A DNA stretch of 32,865 nucleotides from Acidimicrobiales bacterium (GTDB lineage: Bacteria > Actinomycetota > Acidimicrobiia > Acidimicrobiales > CADCSY01): contig DASXLH010000269.1 of assembly GCA_036496335.1 (NCBI GenBank), positions 1-32,865 of the forward strand. Reading direction: 5' to 3'. The notes under the pieces were generated by a model that did not search any database, was not told where the DNA came from, and worked only from the letters and a program-made list of their open reading frames with translations. The position numbers and the translations under genes were made by a program. The stretch's first letter is position 1; each line of letters opens with the position of its first letter. Below, in pieces: positions 8,818 through 16,460 of this stretch.

Positions 8818-10206
8818 ATGTCCGACGAACTGACCTGGATGCCTGCGCACGAGATGCGAGAGCTGATCGGCAAGGGCGAGGTGTCGCCGGTGGAGGTCAC
8901 CGAGCACTTCCTCGGCCGGATCGAGGAGCTCGAGCCGAGGCTCCACGCCTTCCAGGTGGTCGACCACGACGCCGCCCGCCAGCAGGCCAAGGAGGCCGAG
9001 CAGGCGGTGCGCGACGGCGCCGAGCTCGGCCCGCTGCACGGCATCCCCGTGTCGATCAAGGACCACCTCTCGGTCAAGGGACTCCCGTTCTTCGACATGG
9101 CGACCCAGCGGCACATGCCGGAGGCCAAGCGCGACGACATCCAGGTCGAGCGACTGCGCACCGCCGGCGCCGTGATCGTGGGGACCAACACCGAGATGGG
9201 CTCGGGCATGCGGGAGGCCCGCAAGCGGGGCGAGGTCTTCAACTGGGACGTCGAGGCCCGCAGCGCCTGGGACCAGAGCCGGGTGCCCGGCTGGTCGAGC
9301 TCCGGCTCGGCCACCGCCACCGTCTCCCGGATGGTGCCGCTCGCCCTCGGCTCCGACGGCGGCGGATCCACCCGTCTGCCGGCCGCCTACTCGGGCGTGG
9401 TCGGCATCGCCGCCACCCCCGGTCGGATCCCGTGGCTCTACGCCCACGCCCCCGGCATCGCCCTCACGGCCAGCACCGGCCCGATCTGCCGCGACGTGCG
9501 CGACGCGGCCGTGATGACCCAGGCCCTGGCCGGGCCCGACGGACGCGACTTCTTCAGCCTCCCGGACTGGGACTTCGACTGCCTGACCACGCTCGACGAC
9601 GGCGTCGAGGGGCTCCGCTTCGCTTGGACCGACGACTTCGGCTTCGCCTCCATGTACGCCCTCGAGGAGAGCCCACGGGTCATCGAGGCCATCCGTGCCG
9701 CCGCCCTCGGGCTCACCTCCATCGGGGCCGCGGTCGAGACCACCGACACCGTCTGGGAGGACTTCATGGAAGGCTTCCAGACCGCGTCGCAGATGTTCGG
9801 CAGCGGCGGACGGCTCATCGGCGACCGTCCCACCGAGGACGAGTACCTGGCCATGACCGACGCCCGGGGCCGCAACCGCGACCGGTTCATGGCCATCTTC
9901 GACGAGTACGACGTGCTGCTCGCCCCGACCGCCCAGCTCACCGCCCGCAAGGTCGAGGACTGGAACGCGGCGTGGACCACCGACGGCGGCCGCTACCCCC
10001 ACGGCAGCTTCGCCGGCACGTATGTGAGCCATGCGATGCTCGGCAACTGGTGCTCGATGCCCGGTTACAGCGTCCCGGCCGGCTTCGTCGATGGTCTGCC
10101 GGTGGGCCTCCAGATCATCGGCCGCCCGGGCAACGACGCCATGATGTTCCGCGTCGCCCAGGCCTTCCAGCGGGCCTTCCCCCGGCCCGAGCGCCCGAAC
10201 GACTGA
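8818..10206 (+). CDS. Amidase (amidase-signature family)
   Basis: ATG 8818 follows GGGGAGACGACG. The AS elements are IPVSIKDH (Lys), PGWSSSGSA and GSDGGGSTRLPAAYSGVVG. Confidence 0.85.
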   Translation: MSDELTWMPAHEMRELIGKGEVSPVEVTEHFLGRIEELEPRLHAFQVVDHDAARQQAKEAEQAVRDGAELGPLHGIPVSIKDHLSVKGLPFFDMATQRHMPEAKRDDIQVERLRTAGAVIVGTNTEMGSGMREARKRGEVFNWDVEARSAWDQSRVPGWSSSGSATATVSRMVPLALGSDGGGSTRLPAAYSGVVGIAATPGRIPWLYAHAPGIALTASTGPICRDVRDAAVMTQALAGPDGRDFFSLPDWDFDCLTTLDDGVEGLRFAWTDDFGFASMYALEESPRVIEAIRAAALGLTSIGAAVETTDTVWEDFMEGFQTASQMFGSGGRLIGDRPTEDEYLAMTDARGRNRDRFMAIFDEYDVLLAPTAQLTARKVEDWNAAWTTDGGRYPHGSFAGTYVSHAMLGNWCSMPGYSVPAGFVDGLPVGLQIIGRPGNDAMMFRVAQAFQRAFPRPERPND

Positions 10207-10210
10207 GCAC

Positions 10211-10855
10211 GTGGGCTTCACAGGCTGGCCGGCGGAGGCACTCGAGTTCTTCGAGGGCCTCGAGGCCGACAACACCAAGACCTACTGGCAGGCCAACCGC
10301 GCCCTCTACGACACGCAGGTCAAGGCTCCGATGGACGCCCTGCTGGCCGAGCTGGCCGGCGAGTACGGACCCAGCCGCGTCTTCCGGCCGTACCGGGACG
10401 TCCGCTTCAGCGCCGACAAGACGCCCTACAAGACCAACATCGCGGCCTCCTTCGAGAGTGGCGGCTACATCGAGCTCTCGGCGTCGGGGCTGGGAGCCGG
10501 CAGCGGCTACTGGCACATGGCGAGCGACCAGCTGGCCCGCTTCCGGGAGTCCGTGGCCGACGATGTCACCGGCGGTGAGCTGGTCGGAACCCTGAAGACC
10601 TTGCAGGGCAAAGGGATCGAAGCCATCGCCATCGACTCGCTCAAGACCGCGCCCCGCGGCTATCCGAAGGACCACCCCCGCATCGACCTGCTCCGGCGCA
10701 AGGGCCTGGCCGCCTGGAGGCAGTGGCCGGTGGAGCCATGGTTGGGGACGGCGAAGGCAAAGGACCAGGTGGTGGCGTTTCTCCGTGCCACCGAGCCGGT
10801 GCGGGCCTGGCTCGACACCCAGGTCGGGCCCTCCAGCATCGAGTACGAGCGCTGA
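10211..10855 (+). CDS. DUF2461 (TIGR02453) family protein
   Basis: 214 aa; the GTG start lies 4 nt after the amidase stop. The family-typical N-terminus is ALEFFEGLEADNTKTYWQANRALYD...FRPYRDVRFSADKTPYK. Confidence 0.7.
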   Translation: MGFTGWPAEALEFFEGLEADNTKTYWQANRALYDTQVKAPMDALLAELAGEYGPSRVFRPYRDVRFSADKTPYKTNIAASFESGGYIELSASGLGAGSGYWHMASDQLARFRESVADDVTGGELVGTLKTLQGKGIEAIAIDSLKTAPRGYPKDHPRIDLLRRKGLAAWRQWPVEPWLGTAKAKDQVVAFLRATEPVRAWLDTQVGPSSIEYER

Positions 10856-10899
10856 TCGGGGGCGAGGCGGTACAGCGTTGCGTTCCCCGTCCGTCGATG

Positions 10900-10913
10900 C
10901 GAACATACGTTCG
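10900..10913. promoter_or_regulatory. Actinobacterial LexA (SOS) box CGAACATACGTTCG overlapping the dinB start codon
   Basis: This is a perfect 14-bp palindrome matching the core of the mycobacterial/actinobacterial SOS box TCGAAC-N4-GTTCGA. Its last G is the first base of the dinB GTG (10913). Confidence 0.75.
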
Positions 10914-12103
10914 TGTACGGCGAGGCGACGATCCTGCACGCCGATCTCGACGCCTTCTACGCCTCGGTCGAGCAACGGGATGACCCCGGGCTGAAGGGGC
11001 GACCGGTGATCGTCGGCCGCGGCGTGGTGCTGGCCGCCAGCTACGAGGCCCGGGCCTGTGGGGTCCGCACCGCCATGGGCGGGGCGCAGGCCCGTCGGCT
11101 GTGCCCGGCGGCCGCCGTCGTCGATCCCAGGATGGAGGCGTACTCGGCCGCCAGCCGGGCGGTCTTCGGCGTCTTCGAGGCGACGAGCCCCCTGGTCGAG
11201 GGCCTCTCGATCGACGAGGCCTTCCTCGAGGTCGGTGGACTCCGACGGGTGTCGGGCACGCCGAGGGAGATCGCCGTTCGGCTGCGGCGGGAGGTTGCCG
11301 ACCGGGTCGGCCTTCCCATCAGCGTGGGCGTGGCCCGGACGAAGTTCCTGGCCAAGGTGGCGAGCGGCAGCTGCAAGCCCGACGGCCTCCTCGTCGTGCC
11401 GCCCGACGGGGAGGAGGCGTTCCTGGCGCCGCTCCCGGTCGCCCGGCTGTGGGGCGTGGGTGAGGTCACCGCCCGGAAGCTGCAGACGCGGGGGATCCTC
11501 ACCGTCGGCGACGTGGCCGGGGTTCCGGAGCCGGCGCTGGTGGCCATGCTCGGACGGGCGTCGGGCCGCCACCTCCACGCGCTGGCCACCAACGTCGACC
11601 CCAGGCCGGTGCAGCCGACCCGGCGCCGACGATCGATCGGATCCCAGCACGCCCTGGGCCGGGGGCCGCACTCGGCGGTCGCCCTCGACACGGTCGTGCT
11701 CGGGCTGGTCGAGCGGGTGGCGCGTCGGCTGCGGGCCGCCGGCCGGGTCGGACGCACCATCGTCCTGCGCCTCCGCTTCGACGACTACTCGAGCGCCACC
11801 CGATCCCGCACGCTGGCCGCGTCCACCGCCCGCACCGATGTCATCCTGCAGACCGCCCGCCAGCTCCTCGCCACCGCCGGGCCGACGATCGATGCACGGG
11901 GTCTGACCCGCATCGGGCTGGCGGCGGCCAACCTCGACGAGGACGACGCGGTCCAGCTCGGGTTGCCCTTCGACGGCGATCCGTCGGCCGACATCGACCG
12001 GGCCCTCGACGGGGTCCGCGCCCGTTTCGGTGCCGGCGCGCTCACCCGGGCCAGGTTGCTCGACCAGCCGCCGACCCCATCGATGCCGATGCTCCCCGAC
12101 TGA
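10913..12103 (+). CDS. dinB: DNA polymerase IV (Y-family translesion polymerase)
   Basis: 396 aa. The Y-family motifs ILHADLDAFYASVEQRDDP, SIDEAFLEV and SVGVARTKFLAKVASGSCKPDG are present. Confidence 0.9.
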   Translation: MYGEATILHADLDAFYASVEQRDDPGLKGRPVIVGRGVVLAASYEARACGVRTAMGGAQARRLCPAAAVVDPRMEAYSAASRAVFGVFEATSPLVEGLSIDEAFLEVGGLRRVSGTPREIAVRLRREVADRVGLPISVGVARTKFLAKVASGSCKPDGLLVVPPDGEEAFLAPLPVARLWGVGEVTARKLQTRGILTVGDVAGVPEPALVAMLGRASGRHLHALATNVDPRPVQPTRRRRSIGSQHALGRGPHSAVALDTVVLGLVERVARRLRAAGRVGRTIVLRLRFDDYSSATRSRTLAASTARTDVILQTARQLLATAGPTIDARGLTRIGLAAANLDEDDAVQLGLPFDGDPSADIDRALDGVRARFGAGALTRARLLDQPPTPSMPMLPD

Positions 12104-12139
12104 GAGGGTGCGCCGTGGCCGGCCGTGCCGCAGGCCGGG

Positions 12140-12973
12140 TCAGCTCGGGGGCGGCGTGGCGGCGCGGACGGCCAGGACGGCCCGGGCCTGGCGGGCCACG
12201 ACCTCGTCGACCATGGCCCCGTCGAAGGCGACCGTGGCCCGACCGGCGGCGACGGCCTCGTCGTAGACGGCCAGCAGGCGGGTGGCGCGGTCGACCTCGT
12301 CGTCGGAGGGCACGAAGGCGGCGTTGGCCAGGGGGACCTGGGCCGGGTGGATGCAGAGCTTGCCGGCGTAGCCGAGGTCGTGGGCCTGACCGGCTTCGGC
12401 GCGGAAGCGGTCGTGGTCGCCGAAGTCGGCGGTGATCATGTCGAAGGCGGGAACGCCGGCCAGCCGGGCGGCCATGGCCACCATGGCCCGGGCGGTCGCC
12501 ACCTCGGCGTTGCCCGGCGTGCGCCGCCCGCCGAGATCGACGATGTAGTCCTCGGCACCGAAGTAGCAGCCGCCGACCGGGCCGGTGAGCAGGGAGCGGG
12601 CATCGACGACGCCCCGCACCGTCTCGAGGCCGGCGATCACCGGTGCACCGACCACCGCCGCGGTCACGGCGGCCAGATCCTCGACGAATTCGAACTTGGG
12701 GACGATCACGGCCGCCAGCCCGTCGATCGGGAGGAGCGCGGTGTCGGCCTCGAACCACTCGGTCGCGGGCGGGTTGACCCGGAGCACCACGGCCACCCCT
12801 TCCCCGACCAGCGCGCTGACCGCCTCGACCGCCAGCGGCCGGGCGTCGGCCTTCGCCGCCGCCGGCACCGCGTCCTCGAGGTCGATCACCACGGCGTCGG
12901 GCGACGAGCGGGTGGCCTTGGCCGCCAGGTCCGGCCGGTTGCCGGGCACGAAGAGCACGCTGCGCCAACGCAT
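12140..12973 (-). CDS. citE: HpcH/HpaI-CitE family CoA-ester lyase (beta-hydroxyacyl-CoA / HMG-CoA / citramalyl-CoA lyase-like)
   Basis: The start is at ATG 12973 (MRWRSVLFVPGNRPD). VIDLEDAV and FGAEDYIVDLGG motifs are present. It is the last gene of the leucine-catabolic operon. Confidence 0.8.
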   Translation of the reverse strand: MRWRSVLFVPGNRPDLAAKATRSSPDAVVIDLEDAVPAAAKADARPLAVEAVSALVGEGVAVVLRVNPPATEWFEADTALLPIDGLAAVIVPKFEFVEDLAAVTAAVVGAPVIAGLETVRGVVDARSLLTGPVGGCYFGAEDYIVDLGGRRTPGNAEVATARAMVAMAARLAGVPAFDMITADFGDHDRFRAEAGQAHDLGYAGKLCIHPAQVPLANAAFVPSDDEVDRATRLLAVYDEAVAAGRATVAFDGAMVDEVVARQARAVLAVRAATPPPS

Positions 12974-12999
12974 ATCAGCCCTGGTGGTGACGATGGACT

Positions 13000-13050
13000 C
13001 GAACTGGGTTCGCCAGAAGCCCGAAGCGGGCTTCCGACGCACCCAGTTCG
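13000..13050 (-). repeat. Nested hairpin repeat in the MaoC-citE intergenic spacer (REP-like family member)
   Basis: The outer stem CGAACTGGGT (13000-13009) / ACCCAGTTCG (13041-13050) is a perfect 10 bp. The inner stem GAAGCCCG / CGGGCTTC (13016-13034) is 8 bp. Read on the minus strand, the 5' arm is CCGAACTGGGTGCG. Confidence 0.6.
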
Positions 13051-13075
13051 GACGTGGGTGGGGTCACGACCGGGG

Positions 13076-13528
13076 TCATGTCGGGCGCATGCGCATGAGG
13101 GCGGCGCGGCGGCAGCGGGCCACCAGCTCGTCGCGCTGGTTGAAGGCGCGGTGCTCGAAGGTGACGATCCCCTCGCCGGGGCGCGACGCCGACGGACGGG
13201 CGCCCACGACCTCGGTCTGGGCGTGGATGGTGTCGCCGTGGAAGACGGGAGCCGGGAAGGCGATCTCCTCGAAGCCGAGGTTGCCGACCGTCGTCCCGAG
13301 CGTGGTCTCGTGCACCGAGATCCCGACCAGGAGGGAGAGGGTGAACAGGCTGTTGACGATCCTCGTGCCGAACTGCGTCGTCGCCGCGAACGACTCGTCG
13401 AGGTGCAGCGGCTGGGGGTTCATCGTCATCACGGAGAAGAGCGTGTTGTCGCCTTCGGTCACCGTCCGGGTGACGGCGTGGTCGATCACCAGCCCTGGCG
13501 TCAGCTCCTCGAACCAGAGGCCGCTCAT
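13076..13528 (-). CDS. MaoC-like (R)-specific enoyl-CoA hydratase (hot-dog fold)
   Basis: 150 aa. It has a hot-dog dehydratase pattern ([12 protein letters not shown]..., [11 protein letters not shown]). The position matches the MaoC gene in the mycobacterial fadE19-citE locus. Confidence 0.75.
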   Translation of the reverse strand: MSGLWFEELTPGLVIDHAVTRTVTEGDNTLFSVMTMNPQPLHLDESFAATTQFGTRIVNSLFTLSLLVGISVHETTLGTTVGNLGFEEIAFPAPVFHGDTIHAQTEVVGARPSASRPGEGIVTFEHRAFNQRDELVARCRRAALMRMRPT

Positions 13529-13568
13529 GGCCGACTCCCTTCACCGGAAACGGCTGGGTGCCGCTCCG

Positions 13569-14732
13569 TCATCGGACGTCCAGACCGAGGCCACGGCCGA
13601 TCACGATGCGCTGCACCTCGCTGGTGCCCTCGCCGATCTCGAGGATCTTGGCATCGCGGTAGTGGCGGGCAACGGCCGTCTCGTCCATGAAGCCGTAGCC
13701 GCCGAAGACCTGGGTGGCGCTCCGGGTGGCGGCCACCGCCGCCTCGGTGCTGAACAGCTTGGCCACGGCCGCCTCCTGCTTGAAGGGTTGGCCCCGGTCG
13801 CGCAGCCAGGCGGCCCGGTACACGAGCTGGCGGGCGGCGTCGAGCGCCACCTGGAGATCGGCCACCCGGAAGGCCACGCCCTGGTTGTTGCCGATGGGCT
13901 TGCCGAAGGCGTTGCGGGCCTTGGCGTAGGCGAGCGAGTCGTCCAGGCAGCGCTGGATCACCCCCACCGCCAACGCCGCGATCGCCACCCGGCCGTCGTC
14001 GAGGATCGAGAGGAATTGGGCGAAGCCCCGGCCCTGCTCGCCCAGGAGGTTCCCGGCCGGCACCCGGCAGTCGTCGAAGGTGAGGGGATGGGTGTCGGAC
14101 GCGTGCCAACCCATCTTCCGGTAGGCGGGTTGGACGGCGAAGCCGGGCGTGCCGGCGGGCACGATGATCGCCGAGATCTCCCCCGGGCCCGCCGCCGTCG
14201 GATCCGCCGTGCGGGCGGTGACCGTCACCAGCGACGTGATCGGCGTCCCCGAGTTGGTGATGAAGGCCTTCTGCCCGTCGATGACCCATTCGCCGGACGG
14301 CTCGTCGAGGCGGGCGGTGGTGCGGGTGCCGCCGGCGTCGCTCCCGGCGTCGGGCTCCGTCAGCCCGAACCCGCCGAGGGCCCGACCGGCGCACAGGTCG
14401 GGCAGCCACTGGTCCTTCTGGTCCTCCGTGCCGAAGGTGGCGATGGGGTTGGCGCCCAGGCCCACGCCGGCCTCGAGGGTGATGGCCATCGACTGGTCGG
14501 CCCAGGCGATCTCCTCGATGGCGATGCACAGTCCGGTGAAGTCGCCACCACCGCCCCAGGGCTCGGGGAAGGGGATGCCGAACAGGCCCAGCTCGCCCAT
14601 GGCCAGCACCGTGTCGACCGGGAACGTGTGGTCACGGTCCCAGGCCTCGGCGTGGGGCTCGATGGCCGACCGGGCGAAGTCGCGCACCACCGAGCGAAGG
14701 GCCTCGTGCTCGTCGGAGAGGTACGGGTGCAG
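13569..14732 (-). CDS. Acyl-CoA dehydrogenase (isovaleryl-CoA dehydrogenase-like by context)
   Basis: ACAD motifs are GGFGLTEPDAGSDAGG and YRDAKILEIGEGTSEVQR. The conserved N-terminal helix (YLSDEHEALRSVVRDFA) has no ATG, GTG or TTG upstream before the preceding gene. The best start is CTG 14732, 5 nt after GAGGAG. The 945-aa track ORF is read-through into the upstream gene region. Confidence 0.8.
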   Translation of the reverse strand: MHPYLSDEHEALRSVVRDFARSAIEPHAEAWDRDHTFPVDTVLAMGELGLFGIPFPEPWGGGGDFTGLCIAIEEIAWADQSMAITLEAGVGLGANPIATFGTEDQKDQWLPDLCAGRALGGFGLTEPDAGSDAGGTRTTARLDEPSGEWVIDGQKAFITNSGTPITSLVTVTARTADPTAAGPGEISAIIVPAGTPGFAVQPAYRKMGWHASDTHPLTFDDCRVPAGNLLGEQGRGFAQFLSILDDGRVAIAALAVGVIQRCLDDSLAYAKARNAFGKPIGNNQGVAFRVADLQVALDAARQLVYRAAWLRDRGQPFKQEAAVAKLFSTEAAVAATRSATQVFGGYGFMDETAVARHYRDAKILEIGEGTSEVQRIVIGRGLGLDVR

Positions 14733-14782
14733 GGTGGCTCCTCGAGATCGGGTGGCGGGCTCGGCGGGATCAGACGTCTTGC

Positions 14783-16372
14783 TCAGACCGGCGGCACGCC
14801 GTGGCGGCGACGGGCGAAGCTCCGATCCTTCCCGGCGGCGTGGCGGTAGCGGGCGATGAGCTCGGCCCGGAGCTGCTCCGGCTCGACGATGGCGTCGATC
14901 ACCAGCTCGGAGGCGAGCCGCAGCAGGTCGACGTCGGCTTCGTAGATGCGGCGCTGCTCCTCGACGAACTCGGCCCGCTCCTCCGCGTCGGCGATGGCCG
15001 AGATCCGGTTGGCGAACACGGCGTTGACGGCGGCGTCGGCCCCCATCACCGCGATGCGGGCGGTGGGGAGGGCGATGGTGGCGTCGGAGCCGAAGGCCGG
15101 CCCGGCCATGGCGTAGAGCCCGGCGCCGTAGGCCTTGCGGACGATCACCGAGATCTTGGGCACGGTCGCCTCGCACACGGCCGTGATCATCTTGGCCCCG
15201 TGGCGGATAATGCCCTGGCGCTCGACGGCTGAGCCGATCATGAAGCCGGGGACGTCGGCCAGGAACAGCAACGGGATGTTGAAGGCATCGCAGGCCCAGA
15301 TGAACCGTGCCGCCTTGTCGGCCGAGTCGCCGAAGAGCACGCCCCCGAGGTGGGCGGAGTTGTTGGCCACGACGCCGAGCGGCCGGCCGTCGAGGAGGCC
15401 GAGGCCGACGACGAGCTCCTTGGCGAAGTCGGGCTTCACCTCGAAGAAGCTGTAGGCGTCGACGAGGCCTTCGATCACCCCGTGGACGTCGAAGGGGATG
15501 CGCTCCTCGGCCGGGATGTGGTCGCTGGTGAGGGCGTGCTCGGGCTCGGCGGCGACGTAGGTGGGTGGCTCGCCCTCCCAGTTCTGGGGGAAGTAGGTGA
15601 GGTAGGCGCGGGCCTGGTCGATGGCGTCGTGGTCGTCGGCGGCGAGGTTGTCGGCGCAGCCCGAGACGGAGGTGTGCATGCGGGCGCCCCCCATCTCCTC
15701 GAGGGTCACCGTCTCGGAGACGACCACCTCGGCCATGCGGGGCGAGCCGAGGTACATCGAGGCGTTGCCGTCGACCATGAAGACGACGTCGCAGAAGGCC
15801 GGGACGTAGGCCCCGCCGGCCGCCGAGGGCCCGAAGAGGCAGCAGATCTGGGGCACCTGGCCCGACAGCCTGACCTGGTTGTAGAAGATGTGACCGGCGC
15901 CGCGGGGCCCGGGGAAGAGGTCGACCTGGTCGGTGATGCGGGCCCCGGCCGAGTCGACCAGCCAGATGAGCGGCACCCGCTCGGAGAGGGCCCGCTCGGT
16001 GGCCCGGACCATCTTCTCGACCGTCCGGGCGCCCCACGAGCCGGCCTTCACCATCGGGTCGTTGGCCACCACGATGATCGGGCGATCGTCGACGGTGCCC
16101 CGACCGGTGACCACGCCGTCGGCGGGCAGGTTGCCGGCCAAGGCGTTGGCCAGCAACCCGTCCTCTACGAACGAGCCCTGGTCGCAGAGCAGGTCGATGC
16201 GCTCGCGGGCGGTGAGCTTGCGCTGGCCCCGCAGCTTCTCGAGGCCGACCGGGTCGGGCTCCGAGGCTCGGACGATCGCCTCCCGGATGCCCCGGATGGC
16301 GGCGTCGATGAGGCTCTCGTCCGGGGCGCCGACCTCGTGCTCGGTGCCAGTCTGGTCCTCGGCGGCGGTCAT
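14783..16372 (-). CDS. accD1: Acyl-CoA carboxylase carboxyltransferase beta subunit (3-methylcrotonyl-CoA carboxylase beta-like by context)
   Basis: 529 aa. The carboxyltransferase N- and C-domains are conserved (VVANDPMVKAGSWG, GPSAAGGAYVPA, FLADVPGFMIGS..ERQGIIRHGAKM). Confidence 0.85.
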   Translation of the reverse strand: MTAAEDQTGTEHEVGAPDESLIDAAIRGIREAIVRASEPDPVGLEKLRGQRKLTARERIDLLCDQGSFVEDGLLANALAGNLPADGVVTGRGTVDDRPIIVVANDPMVKAGSWGARTVEKMVRATERALSERVPLIWLVDSAGARITDQVDLFPGPRGAGHIFYNQVRLSGQVPQICCLFGPSAAGGAYVPAFCDVVFMVDGNASMYLGSPRMAEVVVSETVTLEEMGGARMHTSVSGCADNLAADDHDAIDQARAYLTYFPQNWEGEPPTYVAAEPEHALTSDHIPAEERIPFDVHGVIEGLVDAYSFFEVKPDFAKELVVGLGLLDGRPLGVVANNSAHLGGVLFGDSADKAARFIWACDAFNIPLLFLADVPGFMIGSAVERQGIIRHGAKMITAVCEATVPKISVIVRKAYGAGLYAMAGPAFGSDATIALPTARIAVMGADAAVNAVFANRISAIADAEERAEFVEEQRRIYEADVDLLRLASELVIDAIVEPEQLRAELIARYRHAAGKDRSFARRRHGVPPV

Positions 16373-16460
16373 GGTCGCAGCTGTCTCCGGTGTGGGTGTC
16401 GGCCATCCGTCGTCGACGGAGCCCGGCCTTCAGTGAACAGCATCTCAGTGGCCCCGCTTC

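Noticed and set aside
8253-10595. 780-aa + ORF and 8638-10278 546-aa - ORF
   Set aside because: They are out-of-frame or antisense to the well-supported SDR, amidase and DUF2461 genes and have no domain signatures.
12125-14849. Long + strand ORFs (521 aa and 754 aa) across the citE-MaoC-ACAD region
   Set aside because: They are antisense to three genes with clear family motifs, and their composition is Gly/Arg/Pro-rich.
13569-16406. 945-aa - strand ORF read as a single giant protein
   Set aside because: Only the C-terminal 387 codons are ACAD-like. The upstream part is an out-of-frame overlap with the carboxyltransferase gene (14783-16372), which is in a different frame and has convincing motifs.
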